Positions 1 through 13,647 are shown, counted from the first letter of the stretch. The stretch is DNA of 64,000 nt from Octopus vulgaris (GCA_951406725.2 OX597818.1:103416001-103480000); one strand, 5' to 3'. Numbers and translations: made by a program. Notes: generated from the letters alone by a model not told the origin.

Positions 1-37
1 TGGATGACGAGTTAGCCAATATTTGTGTGTGTGTGTG

Positions 38-83
<46 letters not shown>

Positions 84-925
84 ATACACCAGAAAGAGGA
101 GGAAATATAAATGGAGAAGTCATCACATATTTTCTTGTTCACAATTAAATTGTGAAATGAAAATATAGAACTTGATGTCATTAACGCATTTTTTCTTTAC
201 ATTGTTGATTACAATAAAATGCATTATATTATTTTTGTTGAGATTTTTCCTGTTGAAACTTTTGCTATATTTCTAGGAATACTTTATTTAGAAATGGCAG
301 GTGAAATATTCATGTTTTGTAACATGTGAACATTTATATTTACTAATTTAATTTCACACCATCACATCGGCTAAAACCTTGACATCTAAACATATTTGAT
401 GGCGTTACAACAAGACCAAAGTAGATGAAAAGTTTTTGCTTGCCTTCTAAAATATTGAAGAACAAGTATAAATCATTGGCAACCACAGTTTTGATTTGGG
501 AGGTGATACTTCTATGAGTATGTTTGAAAATTTATTAACATTGAAGAGGCTAATAACTTACTCGCCCGCCATTTTTGATGGGTCAATATATCAGAAGAGT
601 TTTTCATTGTACAGTCATAACTGAATGTGCTAACATTTGCAGGCTCACACGTCAATAGCGAGATTTCAATCGTTATATCTTTATTAAATGTTTCGTCTCT
701 CAATATGTTTCATATTTACTATATTTCCGCTTGTATCTCATATTTTCCTCTTTTCCTCATCGTAATTCTCTTTAAAATGTATTACATTACAATAATGAGG
801 AAATTTTATGGGAATGCCATATGAGAATTATACACAGATGCATGCAGATGAATGTGTCTGTGCCCTTCCTGAGTTTTCGCATATATAGATGCATGCATAC
901 ATACATACATACATATATGTATATT

Positions 926-974
<49 letters not shown>

Positions 975-978
<4 letters not shown>

Positions 979-1085
979 GGAACGGGAAGGTTTACGAAAA
1001 TAAACAAAAGACGAAGGCAGGTGGAGTGCAAACAAAAAATGTATTAGTATGTCGCTCAGGAATAGAAATAAATCAAGTCTTTTTG
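975..1085 (-). mobile_element. PLE-terminus-like repeat fragment (same family as 18720-18912)
   Basis: Reverse complement resembles 18815-18910 (aaagac...gagcg..atact.ataca...caccacctg.cttcgtctt.tgtt). Abuts (TA)n. Confidence 0.5.
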
Positions 1086-1097
1086 TTTTTGTTTTTA

Positions 1098-1832
1098 GAA
1101 ATTTCACCACCAGTGGCCTAGCATATGTATAAAGTGAATAGACAACATGTTCTCAATATGAAATAGTGTGCATTTAAGCACAAAAGGAAACTGCCTTTAA
1201 CAGGCAGTTTTTATACGCTAGAAGAAGCAGTCAAAACGATCAAACCAGATTTAAGAGTAATTTTCAAAAGGAATGAAAAATAAAAACTGTTGCCTTGTTA
1301 TTTTTTTCCGGTCAGACATAGGTTTCTAAATTAATTTTTTTAGCAAATAAAGTAATTTGCTAGGCGAATTTTTCATCAGTGACCGCGCCATGACGTTAAC
1401 ATATAATTAAGAGATAATTAACACCTGTCTCTTTGTTATACATTATAACTTTTCAAATTAACTGCGCATGTGCAGTTTCATTCGGTAGCAAAATTAATAA
1501 CTGCCGCATTGATCATTTAAAAATTACTAAAAACATATACGTAAAATATATAGGGTAGTGAGTTTTTTTTACAAATTTCACCACCAATGACCTAGAATGT
1601 ATAAAAAAGTCAATAGACAGCATTTCTTCAATATAAAATTGTGTACATTTAAACAGAAGAGAAATTGCCTTTTAAAAAAATTTAGAAACCTAGGTCTGAC
1701 CGGAATAAGATGAAAGGTAAAAGTTATTATTTTTCATCCTTTTGAAGATTGCTCTTACATGTTGCCTAGGTCGTTTTGACTACTTCTTCTAGCGTGTTGA
1801 AGGTAGTTTTCTCTTGTGTTTAAATGTACACT
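1098..1832. repeat. Composite direct plus inverted repeat module
   Basis: ~1098-1200 recurs directly at ~1572-1672 (aatttcaccacca.tg.cctag...). ~1160-1335 recurs inverted at ~1678-1832 (gtttctaaatt/aatttagaaac; ctagaagaagcagtcaaaacga/tcgttttgactacttcttctag). Confidence 0.7.
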
Positions 1833-1856
1833 ATATATATATATATATATATATAA

Positions 1857-1894
<38 letters not shown>

Positions 1895-1897
<3 letters not shown>

Positions 1898-1941
1898 GGT
1901 GCCCCAGCATGGCCACAGCTCATGAGCTGAAACTAGAATCA

Positions 1942-1944
<3 letters not shown>
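1895..1944 (+). mobile_element. Isolated SINE/LINE-type 3' tail (GGCGGTGC..CATGGCC-stemloop-GAAAC) within (TA)n
   Basis: ggcggtgccccagcatggccacagctcatgagctgaaactagaatcaatc matches the 3' end of SINE family B. Flanked by (TA)n on both sides. Confidence 0.65.
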
Positions 1945-1988
<44 letters not shown>

Positions 1989-1989
1989 C

Positions 1990-2431
1990 ATGGATTCTCC
2001 TGTTGTTAGAGCCCATAAAGTTTTGTAATTTTCGCGAGCATTCCACCTGTCCCCTGGACGACCAATGTCTCAGGGAGAATGTAGTTTATAGGGGCACTGT
2101 AACCACGGACTATATACGTTCCACTATATAGGAGCCACTGCTTCCCAATTTAAAAAAAAGATTTTATAATCAAGCTTATGCTTTATAAAATATTTAAAAA
2201 GAATGTTTTATCAAACATGTTCTATGTCTATCTACTTATACTCTTGGTGATTCTGGATAAAAAGAAAATTATACAAATGAGTCCTTCGAATTTAACTAAA
2301 TTCTATATTTTTATGCAGCTGAAGATTGCTCTACATTTTAAATTGATGTCATGTTTGCATTGTTCAATTAAATGGAGTCACATAAAACGATCCTGCTGCA
2401 TTACGTCTGGATAACCTTGTTACTTATTTTG

Positions 2432-2434
<3 letters not shown>
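1990..2434 (+). mobile_element. Penelope-like element remnant: GIY-YIG endonuclease fragment plus terminus
   Basis: 2048-2177 translates CPLDDQCLRENVVYRGTVNHGLYTFHYIGATASQFKKRFYNQ (VVY..YIG..R, a PLE GIY-YIG pattern). A hammerhead-like motif follows. Bounded by (TA)n on both sides. Confidence 0.8.
2313..2401 (+). ncRNA. Degenerate type I hammerhead ribozyme-like motif with long stem II
   Basis: Stem I ATGCAG/CTGCAT, core CTGAAGA, stem II ..catttt aaattga/tcaattaaatg.., AAAA in place of GAAA, stem III CGATCC (~CGATCG). Confidence 0.6.
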
Positions 2435-2499
<65 letters not shown>

Positions 2500-3521
2500 T
2501 GCGTGTGTGTGTGTGTGTATGGCAGCGTAGAAATGTATGCATGCGTATGCATATATGTCTGCGTGTGTACGTAAGTGCACATGCATGCATAGGCATCCAT
2601 GTATGCGTGTGTATGTATGTATAATTATATACCTGCGTATGAGTGAATATCTATGGCATGCATATGAGTGCTTGCGTACATATATATGTGTGTGTATGTA
2701 TATACATATAAGTATATCTATATGTATATGTATATATATATATATCTATGTTTGTATGTGTGTGTATATATATATGTATATATATATATTTATGTGTGTG
2801 TTTCTACGTGTATATATATGTATGTATATTTGTATGTATATGTGTATACACATGTGTGTGTACATATATATGTGAGAGTATGTATGATTATACATATAAG
2901 GATATTCTTTCGCTTTCCGTCTTTCTACTTCTCTTTTGCCTTCTATTCGTTTACCTCGTCTTCCTTCCCTCTCTCCCTCCTATCATTATACGTATCCACA
3001 CTCTTGGTTCCGCCACCACATAATATCTTCCCGAATGACTCATCATACATACACACTTTCAATCTTATATTTCCTCCCGTCACTTTCCTAACAGCAAAGT
3101 GTGATAGACGTTCACTGTAATAGCGTTCATTTGATGTAAGTCTGATGTAATAGCGCGCCTTTGATGCAAGCCTCTCCAATACATAAAACCGCAAATATTA
3201 CGTAATTTTTCTTTGAGAATTTTCGCGTAAACTGGCGTTGCAAATGGAGATTATACGGAAAAATTTGTAACATATAATTAAATATGTGTTAAAGAATTTT
3301 CTTTGTCTTCTTCTTTTCTTTCGATTAATTATTCTTCGCCAGACCATTTGACGGTATAACTGTCGTGAAACTTGGATTTTCTACGCCAAAAATATTCCGG
3401 TTTTGGCAAGGATCCCGACAGTATTGGTAGCCCATTATTCGAGTTGAGTGCTTCTCTGGAAATACCGTAACTTGGAACCCAACAAACCTTATCCCTTATA
3501 TATATATATACATATATATAG

Positions 3522-3540
<19 letters not shown>

Positions 3541-3554
<14 letters not shown>

Positions 3555-3578
3555 TAGATAGATAGATAGATATAAGAT

Positions 3579-3635
<57 letters not shown>

Positions 3636-3636
3636 T
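3541..3636. repeat. (GA)n/(GATA)n microsatellite
   Basis: Direct inspection. Confidence 0.95.
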
Positions 3637-5244
3637 ATTGCGGTGGTTATATATACTGTTATGTATGTATACTTACATGTATATATTTGCAAGCTCATGA
3701 GGTAATATAGTTATGATTTTCGGAAACGTTACCAGAAGGATTTGCCGAATTAGAAAAAAAATTGCTGGATTTTTGTTCCTAAGCCACATTACATTTCTTC
3801 TTTTTTTATCTATTTTTACTTATCTCCGATATATTAAAAACAAAATATAATCCTAAAACCCTAAAATAGCAACGAAATCCTAAGGCTCACATTCAAACAC
3901 ATTTTCCATCTTACAAGCTGTAAAATGAATGTAGTTTACTTACGGCTGTCGCTTTACATGTTACTTTTCGTACGGCGATACTACGGTAGGGGTATTAATG
4001 TAAATGAAAATTAGGCGTGGTATACACTGACAGGGAAATATCTGTGTAGAAAGTGGAAGTGGAAATGACACTAAGAGAAAATATGTGTACAGAGAGAAGA
4101 GAAATAGATGGTGAATAAAGTATTGCTGTTTTGGTAATGGAATATTTCATTGTTCGTATTTAGTCATGTGTGCATTTTAAGAGGTAAATTTTTGTAAGGT
4201 TTTTCAGGTGGTAGATACGTGCTATTTAGTCTGCTATTTGTATCTTTTGAAGTTCTTTCACAAATAACCAAGATTTGTATTGTGCCATTTTATGGCTCAC
4301 CTAAAAAAGATGGCCGAGAATAACGTTCAAATTTCTCAGGAAGATATTGGAGTTAGGTTTTAGAGAAGCTTTCTTTTGTGAAATTTAAAATTATATGGGG
4401 AATATGTTACAATGAATAATTTGCTAGTACATAAATAATATGTCTCTTATATGGTTATGAATAGATATGTAAATATAGCCATATGCATGCATGTAGCTAC
4501 ACACCCGTACATATCGACATAGAGGTATTATAAGTCATATGTTTTCCGAGATGTTACAGGACTAGAAGTATACATAAATACATAAATACAACTGATTTAC
4601 TCGGATCCAAACAATCAGACTAATAGATTCTGCAATGTGCCCCATTATCTCACGTTGTCTCGAAGATTATATCGCTGACACTAAATGCAATATCAAGACA
4701 AGCATTTCAACAGAACGTATACTCACCTCACTGCCAATACATCGTATCCTTAACTTAATGAACATTAACACATATACCGAAATATGAACAAAAGGACTAT
4801 CACCTTAGTATCTAGAGACACCTAGAATCTTAGCAAAATTCACACGTCTTTTGATCCACAAAAGAGTATATGGTGAATATATGACGCTATAAAATAGAAT
4901 AACAGTAAATTCTATATCTAAGGAGGTCTGACAATCTTTCATGGAGCATAGTGCAAAACATAACCAATAACGCATCCCGATATCTCATTAATCGCTTTAG
5001 GATTTATACTTATTTCAGAAAGTTCAACTCTACAGATTATTGCAGTAGTTCTTCCGGAATTAATTTCAGCTGCGACAGTCGTAGATAATTTAGATCGCAT
5101 TTGTGAAATACATATAAATGATGGGTAACATTTAATCAAACACAAGCACATGAAATCTATATCATGTTGGTATATGAATACACCATAACGTGTGTCTTTA
5201 GGACTTTAGGAGAAACCTTATCCATGTGTTTTCCTGTCTTTTCT

Positions 5245-5520
5245 CGGGCCTAGTATTGTATTCGTTTCTCAATCGTAACGCGGTGAGCTCAATTCCTGGC
5301 GGTGCGGCGTGTCCTTAAGAAAGAGGCTTTGCCTTCTACAAAAATGAGTTGTACTAGTAATTAAAAAGGGTCATGCTTGTCCATTCCGGTGCTGTTACAC
5401 TGTATCTCCCATTAAGGGCATGCATGTCTGTGGAGTGCTCGACCACTCGCGTGTTCGAACAGAGGCTGTCCCGTCGATCGAATCAAGTGTAATTCCTGCC
5501 GCCGTTACCGTCGGAGTGCC
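5245..5520 (+). mobile_element. tRNA-derived SINE family C (degenerate)
   Basis: ggcctagt A-box-like head and gtgtcctt.ag body. 3' part (gtctgtggagtgctc..gctgtcccgtcgatcg..ccgtcggagtgc) matches the reverse complement of 11403-11545 and 47092-47402. Confidence 0.6.
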
Positions 5521-5532
5521 CAGTCGTATACC

Positions 5533-5922
5533 TGTTTCTCTATTACCCACAAGGGGCTAAACATAGAGGGGACAAACAAGGACAGACAAATTAAGTACCA
5601 GTGCATAACTGGTACTTAATTTATCGACCCCGAATGGATGAAAGGCAAAGTTGACCTCGGTAGAATTTGAACCCAGAACGTAGCGGTAGATGAAATACCT
5701 ATTTCTTTACTACCCACAATGGGCTAAATACAGAGGGGACAAACAAGGACAGACAAATGGATTAAGTCGATTACATAGACCCCAGTGCGTAACTGGTACT
5801 TAATTTATCGACCCCGAAAGGATGAAAGGTCGACCTCGGCGGAATTTGAACTCAGAACGTAACGGCAGACGAAATACTGTTAAGCATTTCGCCCGGCGTG
5901 CTAATGTTTCTGCCAGCTCGCC
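5533..5922 (-). mobile_element. tRNA-derived SINE family A with internal tandem modules and TSD
   Basis: Head ggcgagctggcagaaac, B-box gagttcaaattcc, body cctttcatcctttcggggtcgataaattaagtacc. 13-bp TSD ccagtcgtatacc at 5520-5532 and 5921-5933. Confidence 0.9.
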
Positions 5923-8036
5923 AGTCGTATACCATACACGTTCAAACGCGCGCATACAGCTCAAGCACTGACATACACAAGTTGTGTTTCGCATATCACG
6001 CCGCACTAAAACCCTGGTGCTTAATTGCAATATCTAATAACCTTCAGTATACCTGCCAGGTCATGTTGTAACGACATGATGCTTCGTATAGAATGAAACC
6101 GGAACATCGCCCGCGTAGTTTCACCGACGTGGGTGTATCTAGAAAATATATGCACCTTCCGCCTGTTCCTGGAATTAATTAAATATATTGAATGACACTG
6201 GAAGACAATTTTCTTGCTGTATATTTATAATCCTTTTCTCCCTGTTACGTAAAGAAATTGCAATTATTTTCCAGCGGGTGCCTTAAGGCTTCAATAGAAT
6301 ATTATATAACTTTTTATTCTAAAACATGCGGTATTTTACTACCGAGAAGCTTTATATATCTAGAAGAAATATATTCAGATAAAATTTATCTGTATGTTTG
6401 ATAAAAACTAAAAACAAAATAAAGAAAGAAATACTAAATTATTGGATTTATTCCTAGATACGGCTTAGAGTTACTGCATTCCTTTTTCTCTTATATTTTT
6501 TTGAAGCGATGTTGAAATAAATAACATGTTCAAACGCACTTCTTTCTATTTAGTGAAAGAGAAAAATTAGCGAAGCGACAAGATATTTCAAATTGAGTTG
6601 TGGTTCAGAGCACGTTTGAAGGAAATAGCTAAAGAAAATAGTTTAGTATCCTCTAGTATGCGTGTATATAGGGTTAATGCTAAGACAATAAATCATGAAT
6701 GTTTTACAGAGGATACCTTATATAATACCACTATTAAAATATCGTGCGTTATCAGAAAATGCCTGATAGTCATCATGTGAATGACAAAATAAGTTACACA
6801 GAAAATATAAAGCTATAATTCCGCGTATCTGACAATGCAGTTCACGTCCACTATTTTGCCTATCTCGTTGTAAACTCTGTGCATTTATAATAAGGTTCTC
6901 CTTTCTTGATCAACTGTACTTTTAATGATAAAGAAACAGTCAAAGATTAAATATACGGCCTCGAAACATTCCTCTAATATAACCTACAGTATAGATTATT
7001 TTGATTATTAGTAATTTTATTTCATTGGCAGGGACGCATAGCTTATTTTAAGGATAAATAAATACTACAATACTAGCTGTGCCATAAATATTTTACAAAA
7101 TGGTGTAAATCATTGTCGTTTAGAATGCGAGAGATAAATGATTAAATTAATCCTTTTCTAGTAAGACTTATCACTGAGCTGATAGATGATACCAGATTGC
7201 AAATAAAACGCAACTGATTTATTAACGCAGCATATCTCCGCTCATGTTTTTCTTCGCCAATTGAACACGCGCAATATATGCGAGAATATAAACTTAAGAC
7301 GAAATTACTTTTAAAATATTCGTCCGTAATAATCCATGCATTTCAGAAATCATTAGGTGTGATTTCGGATTCTAAGCCATTTATAGGTTGCATTTGAAGT
7401 TACGTTATGACAAGGTTTAGAAGCAATAAATCTAAGGAAACCCACTAAAACAGATTAAGGGAGCTTCATTTGAGACTGAAGTGATTCCAGAACGTATATA
7501 TGATAAACGAATCAGAACGAATATTAGCTTCTATATTAAAGAGAAACTGTTTGTTGATTTTTACTTTAGAAATTCGTTTCCTAGATGACAGCGTGATGTG
7601 AATATATTTGATATTGAACTTCGGTTTTATGACCTGATAACTTCTTTATAGTTTGAGGCAAGTAGATATATGAAAATAAAAAAAATGCTGTTCTCACCAC
7701 TTGAATATTACTTTAGTGAAAGCCAGATTTAATGAAATCATATCACATAAAATTGCGAGTAAATGTAAAGGCTACCTTATCATAGTAAAATAGAATTGAT
7801 AGAAGAGAAATTTCAAAATTAAAGAGATGCATGTTTAATAAAGGATGAAAGGCTATTGAAGGTAAGCCTAATTGGACATTATATAAACGAACATTCAAAT
7901 GTGTGTGTGCATATATATATATACATGAACACATACGTCAAACGCACACACATATTCACTCGTGCATATAAACCTACATCGCAAATTATATGCCAGTATT
8001 TATATGTGTGTGTGTGTGTGTGTGTGTTTGCTTGCT

Positions 8037-8074
<38 letters not shown>

Positions 8075-8401
8075 TAGACATCTACAAATTTCTTTCATTG
8101 CACATATTTATGAATCCAAACATTTGCACATAGAAATATCATAAATATATTAGTGTCTGTCTGTGTGTTCGTACAAGCCCTCCGCACAAGCAGACGTACG
8201 CACACACACAAACACACACACACAATGTATATATATATATATATATAAGCATAGAATGCGAGAGATGCATATATGTGTATATATACACATATATATAAAT
8301 AGATATATACATACATGTATACATACAAAAATACGTACGTACATACATATATACACATACAGACGGAGACAGAGTGAAAGATATATATATATATATATAG
8401 T

Positions 8402-8432
<31 letters not shown>

Positions 8433-8857
8433 GAATAAAGAGAGAAAGAGACATTGAAATTAATTTCTCGGACGTTTGATAAATTGAAAACGGAAGCTTT
8501 ACCCATTGTAGGCGTGCTGGTTTCCAACAATAGACAGTGAGATCTTCAACTGATAGATGTCCCTTTCGGTTGCAGACTAAAATTTTCCATTTCGGGTGTA
8601 GACAGGGTGTAGACTAGAAATTTCGATTTCTAGTAATTCTCTTAAAATGCTTATCGGTAGTTAGATTTCGGTTCTTCGTTTAGAGAAGTATAAGCAATTT
8701 AAATGTATGTGTAATGAACAAATCGATACCAGAGCTAACACATTTTTAACGTCGTACTTTATTCGTTATTCGCTGCATCGGAAAATTAAAACAAGTACAA
8801 GGACACACAGACTGCATATGCATGTGTGTGTGTATGTGTGTGTGTGTGTGTGTGTTA

Positions 8858-9010
8858 TAGGTGCAGGCATGGATGTGAAGCTTCCTTCCCAACCACCTTG
8901 TTCCTGGTTCAGTCCCATTGCGTGATAACTTGGGCAAGTGCGCCCTAATATTGCCCCAGACCGACCTAAGCCTTGTCAGGGGAAATTGTAGACGAAAACT
9001 GAGAGTCATA
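8858..9010 (+). mobile_element. SINE family B, 5' half
   Basis: ggttcagtccca B-box region, cttgggcaagt CORE-like motif, gtagacgaaaactga. Confidence 0.75.
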
Positions 9011-9031
9011 TCATATATATATATATATATG

Positions 9032-9101
<70 letters not shown>

Positions 9102-9265
9102 ATATATATATTGACGTATATTTGCCATATAAATTGGCTAACCCCTAATGGTGGATGCTACTATAGTTTGTAGCCCCAGGAGGATACCTCCTGCCAGCTG
9201 GCTATAGACACTCGCTCTGAGATTTATTATGCTTTCTGGTAATTTTTTCTGCTAAAACCCATGCA

Positions 9266-9317
<52 letters not shown>

Positions 9318-9363
9318 TACCTTCACTCGTTCATTACTGTTCTTGTTTTATTATTTTAACTCA

Positions 9364-9408
9364 TGTCCGGAACTCTTTCGTCACACACCTGTGACCACTT
9401 CAGCGACA
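9364..9408 (-). ncRNA. Degenerate minimal type I hammerhead-like motif
   Basis: Minus strand: TGTC g CTGAAGT G GTCAC aggtgt GTGAC GAAA GAGTTC cg GACA. Confidence 0.55.
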
Positions 9409-10204
9409 ATTTCCGTTTTCGTGTGTGTTCTTGCTCCACTTACTCCATTCTGTTCTCCTAATATGTGTATTCCTGTATGCCCATGCGTTTGTGTCCTTGA
9501 TTGTGTGTGTGCGTGTGTGTGTATGTATGTATGCTTGTGCGTGTGTGTTTCATAGTTCTTAGCAGCAGTGTGTCCTTTGCCTCAGCCCCAGCCTTTCACC
9601 TCATTTACTTCCTGCTGTCCTAAGACCCGAAACACAATTATGGTACAATTCCTATATTCCTCTGTGCTTGTGTTTTCGCCCACTGTGTAGCCGTCGTGAT
9701 AGTTGTTGTTATTGTTGTTGTTATTGCCATCGTACGCATCGCCGGTGTTGCTGTCTGTGATAGTTGAAATCCCATGTGTGTATGTTTCTGTGTATATGTG
9801 GGTTCGCTTCGTATGTATCCGTGCTCCTTATATAGTTTTATTTATTTATTTTATCAATCTCTGCCTCACATTTAACTCAGATTTGTGACAGATATATTTA
9901 TATATTTATTTATGTATCTATTTATATGTTTATTTACTTTTTTATACATCTATCTCTTTTTCTCGTAAGTATAATTGGTAAGTACATACATGTATGTTGT
10001 TTGTGTATTACATTGTAATGTTTCTCTGTATTAATTACGGCTTTCTCCCCATCTCTCTTCTCAACTCTATTGTTTTTATTCATGTGGTGTGGTGTAGTTG
10101 CGTGTGTTACTGCTCTATTCGTGTTTTCTATTGAGGCTCGGGCTGTCTACTGGTATGTGTGTAGCCTCTGTAATCTGTCTAAGCGTTGTGTCAGTTCTTT
10201 ATGT

Positions 10205-10380
10205 CGATATCGATAAATATGTGTTTGTCTCCAGACCAGCGCTTGTCACCCGGTGTTGGTGTGTTTCCTTCCTCATAACTTAGTGGTCCAGCTTCAAAAA
10301 TTAGAGCTGTGGACGATTCATTCGACAAAATATTCAAGGCGGTACCCCATCAAGGCCGCAATTTAATGACTGATAAAAAT
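10205..10380 (+). mobile_element. SINE family B, 3' half (degenerate)
   Basis: gtgtttgtc..gcttgtcacccggtgttggtgtg..aacttag.gg..aaggcggtacccc..ggccgca..atgactga. Confidence 0.65.
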
Positions 10381-10650
10381 AGTATATATAGATCCACTCT
10401 TTTTCTCTTACTGCCTGTCTATCACTCTCACCATTACTTAAACTTTTTTATATAGTCCCATTTGCGTTTGATGAGCCAGTAAACCATTGAACTATTCTGA
10501 GTGTGCGACTGACTGTACATTCGTACACCTAACTCTGCACACAGCAGCCATCTTATACACACACATATATATATAACTTATACACACTCATATGAGTATA
10601 ACTTATACACACATACAAACACTCACACACACACACACACACACACACAC

Positions 10651-10691
<41 letters not shown>

Positions 10692-10729
10692 CACGTGCGC
10701 GTCTGTGTACAGAGAGAACGAAAGAGTGG

Positions 10730-10852
10730 GGATCTGTGTGGTAAAACCACGTGGTTGCGGCTTCAGTCCCACTGTGACATCCTGGGCAAGTGGACTATAC
10801 TCTAGCATCGGGTACTATAGAGCATTCTGAGTGGATATATTAGACGGAAACT
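10730..10852 (+). mobile_element. SINE family B, 5' half (degenerate)
   Basis: ctgtgtggtaa..ttcagtcccactg..cctgggcaagt..tagacggaaact. Confidence 0.65.
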
Positions 10853-10959
10853 CTTTCTTTCTCTCCTTCTCTCTCCCTATCTACCTATCTTTCTATCTAT
10901 CTTTATCAATTTATCTGTATTTTGAGTAATTAATAGGGAAGACAGTGTATGTAAGCTTT

Positions 10960-11073
10960 ATGAAGCACGACGATCGTTTCGGCTTACATCTACACTGCCC
11001 TCTTGTGGGTGGGGAGCTATACAATGAAATCGAATGCACTCCACAGTACAGAAGAAACTTCATCAGGTTTCAT
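10960..11073 (-). ncRNA. Type I hammerhead-like motif with extended stem II region
   Basis: Minus strand: ATGAAAC CTGATGA AG...(~80 nt)...GCC GAAA CGATCG TC GTGCTTCAT. Canonical core, palindromic stem III and UC cleavage site. Stem II pairing is unclear. Confidence 0.5.
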
Positions 11074-11402
11074 GGCACGATACATAAGAATATGTATATC
11101 TCACTGTAATAATTTCGTTTAAAAATATGTATTATATATTACTACATATTATTTATTACAACTCGTGTAATAATGTGTATATTGCGATACTTTGTGTGGT
11201 AGAACGGTATTGGTATGATGTGTGCATTTATAGAGTGTTCTGTCAGTTAATTTATCGTATCGCTAAGTCGCGGTGACGGAAAACACACCGACACAGGTTG
11301 TAAAGTGGTGGTGGCAGATAAATACTGAAACACACGCACACACTCACACACACCACTCACACGCACACACGCGCACACACAAATACAGACATATACCCAT
11401 AC

Positions 11403-11541
11403 ATAGGAGCACTCCGTCGGTTACGACGACGAGGCTCCCAGTTGATACGATCAACGGAACAGCCTGCTCGTGCAATTAACGTGCAAGTGACTAAGCATTC
11501 CACAGACACGTGTACCCTTAACATAGTTCGCAAGGAGATTC

Positions 11542-11545
<4 letters not shown>
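11403..11545 (-). mobile_element. SINE family C, 3' part
   Basis: gcactccgtcggttacgacgacgagg..gatcaacggaacagcctgctcgt..ccacagacacg, shared with 47092-47230. Confidence 0.7.
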
Positions 11546-11700
<155 letters not shown>

Positions 11701-12133
11701 TATGTAAATAGAGAGATTATGTTTAAAATTAAAATTTAGATAGGAGTCGTTAAAATGTAATATCAAAACCTTGTTTGGAAACTTTTGGGGGCATGCTGTT
11801 AGTAGTGTGCCTTGAGAGTACGTTCCCCACATGTGACTATTAGGCGTCATCCGTAGTAATGTATTTCAGCCGCAGGGTCTATGTAAGGGATTTCTCAATG
11901 CTAGCCACATGATCGTTTCAGCTTACGTTTTCACTGTTTCCTGAATATATACCAAATGTCCTGCCTCACTAATGGACATGTGAACAACTACAAACGCAGG
12001 CACCATACCTAAACAGTACGCTCTGTTTTCTCTATCAATCATTAAACAAATAGATAGATACAGATGATTTACTTACATGAGTTGAGACACCAGAATTTAG
12101 TACAGTATTATCCATAGTTTTAAAGTAAGGTGA

Positions 12134-12458
12134 TTAAAATCAAAATACGCAACAGGATATCCAGAGGTACTGCAGTACGATTGTTTCAAGCGGTTCCATT
12201 TAATTGAATAAGTAGCTTCTAAGCTGAAGGAAAAACAACATGTTCTTTGTCTATCTCCTTACCTTCTTGGATATTTTAGGTAGAATTATACTAACGTGTC
12301 CATCTGTTTTAATTTAATGTAATTCTATGTATTTATGCAGCTAAGGATTGTTCTGCATTTAAATTGATGTAATGGTTGCATTGTTCAATTAAATGGAGCC
12401 TCTTGAAACAATCGTACTGCATTACTTCTGAATATCCTGTTGCTTATTTTGATTTTAA
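12134..12458 (+). mobile_element. Fold-back PLE terminus containing a hammerhead-like motif (family of 2180-2434)
   Basis: Arms 12134-12208 and 12384-12458 are inverted repeats. 12335-12422 reads ATGCAG CTAAGGA..stem II..GAAA CAATCG TA CTGCAT. Homologous to 2300-2434. Confidence 0.75.
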
Positions 12459-12553
12459 ATAGATAGATACATAGATAGACACAAAGACAAATATATAGAC
12501 AGAAAGACAAACAGACAGACATACAGATAGAGAGATGGATGGATGGATGGATG

Positions 12554-12629
<76 letters not shown>

Positions 12630-12759
12630 TACGACGGGCTACTAAATCCACCCAGAAGGCTTTATAATGCCCTGTTGCTAGTATACAAAACCTTGGACTA
12701 CTTAGGCGGGTGGTTTGTTTTTTCGATTTTAATTGAAGATATTCTTTCTCCTTTGTTTT

Positions 12760-12962
12760 TCACTTGTTACTGTCAACGGGCTGCGGACCATCCTAGGATG
12801 CAATACTTTCTTTTTAAACCCAAGTACTTATTTCGTCGGTGAACCACAAGACTATGGTCGGCCCCTGGTTATAATAAAAGACACTTGATCAAGAGATCAC
12901 GCAGTGGGAATGAACCTGGAATCATGTGTTGGAAAGTCAGCTTTTTACCAGAGTCCCGCCTA
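12760..12962 (-). mobile_element. SINE family B (degenerate, internally deleted)
   Basis: gcagtggga.tgaacctggaatcatgtg, gacacttg, ggtcggccc and aagtacttatt motifs in reverse orientation. Confidence 0.6.
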
Positions 12963-13320
12963 CTCATCTATGTAGCTTTAATTTTCTTTTCGCTTAAATT
13001 AAATTCTAACCTTTCAGGTATTTTAATTCTCCTTCGTATTTGAAGGTCGATGTGAAGACTCACCCGCGGCAAGAAATTCTACTCACCTGTTGCATAGAAC
13101 TGATGTAGTTATATATTTATATACGCTATATATGTACTCCTCTGCTTTTAATAATTAAATTCTTCCTCTGGGAATAATTTAGTTTATAACAAAGATTCAA
13201 ATTTCCATTCTTAGAATGAAGATAACGAAAACATTGTCACATTTTCAACTTGAGAAAAGTCTTGCTAATTTTAATCTGCACCCCTCTTTCTCTCATGTCT
13301 GTCTGTCTGTCTCTGTCTCG

Positions 13321-13366
<46 letters not shown>

Positions 13367-13647
13367 ATATATATATATATATAATTGAAAAACACGGAGT
13401 CAACAAGAAGGAATAGGATTTCGAATTTATTTTTTATTCACTATAATTGTCTCCACGCAACATAATTCTCCAGCCGTGCAGGTACTTGATTATGCAACCG
13501 TTTTCCTGCATTACGAGATCTTATTGTATTTCCTCAGACGATATGTAATTATTGTCTCCGTATGTTCAAATGCTCGGCTTCAAGAACATCCTCTCTGCCT
13601 GTCGCGATCTAATTTAATAGTAACCACTGCGTGTTTAGCATGCATCA

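Noticed and set aside
3310-3500. Possible Helitron-like terminus
   Set aside because: Only a vague resemblance; no CTRR end with hairpin and no second copy in the window.
4310-4352. Possible first coding exon MAENNVQISQEDIG
   Set aside because: Very short, weak donor, and no linked downstream exon or homology recognisable.
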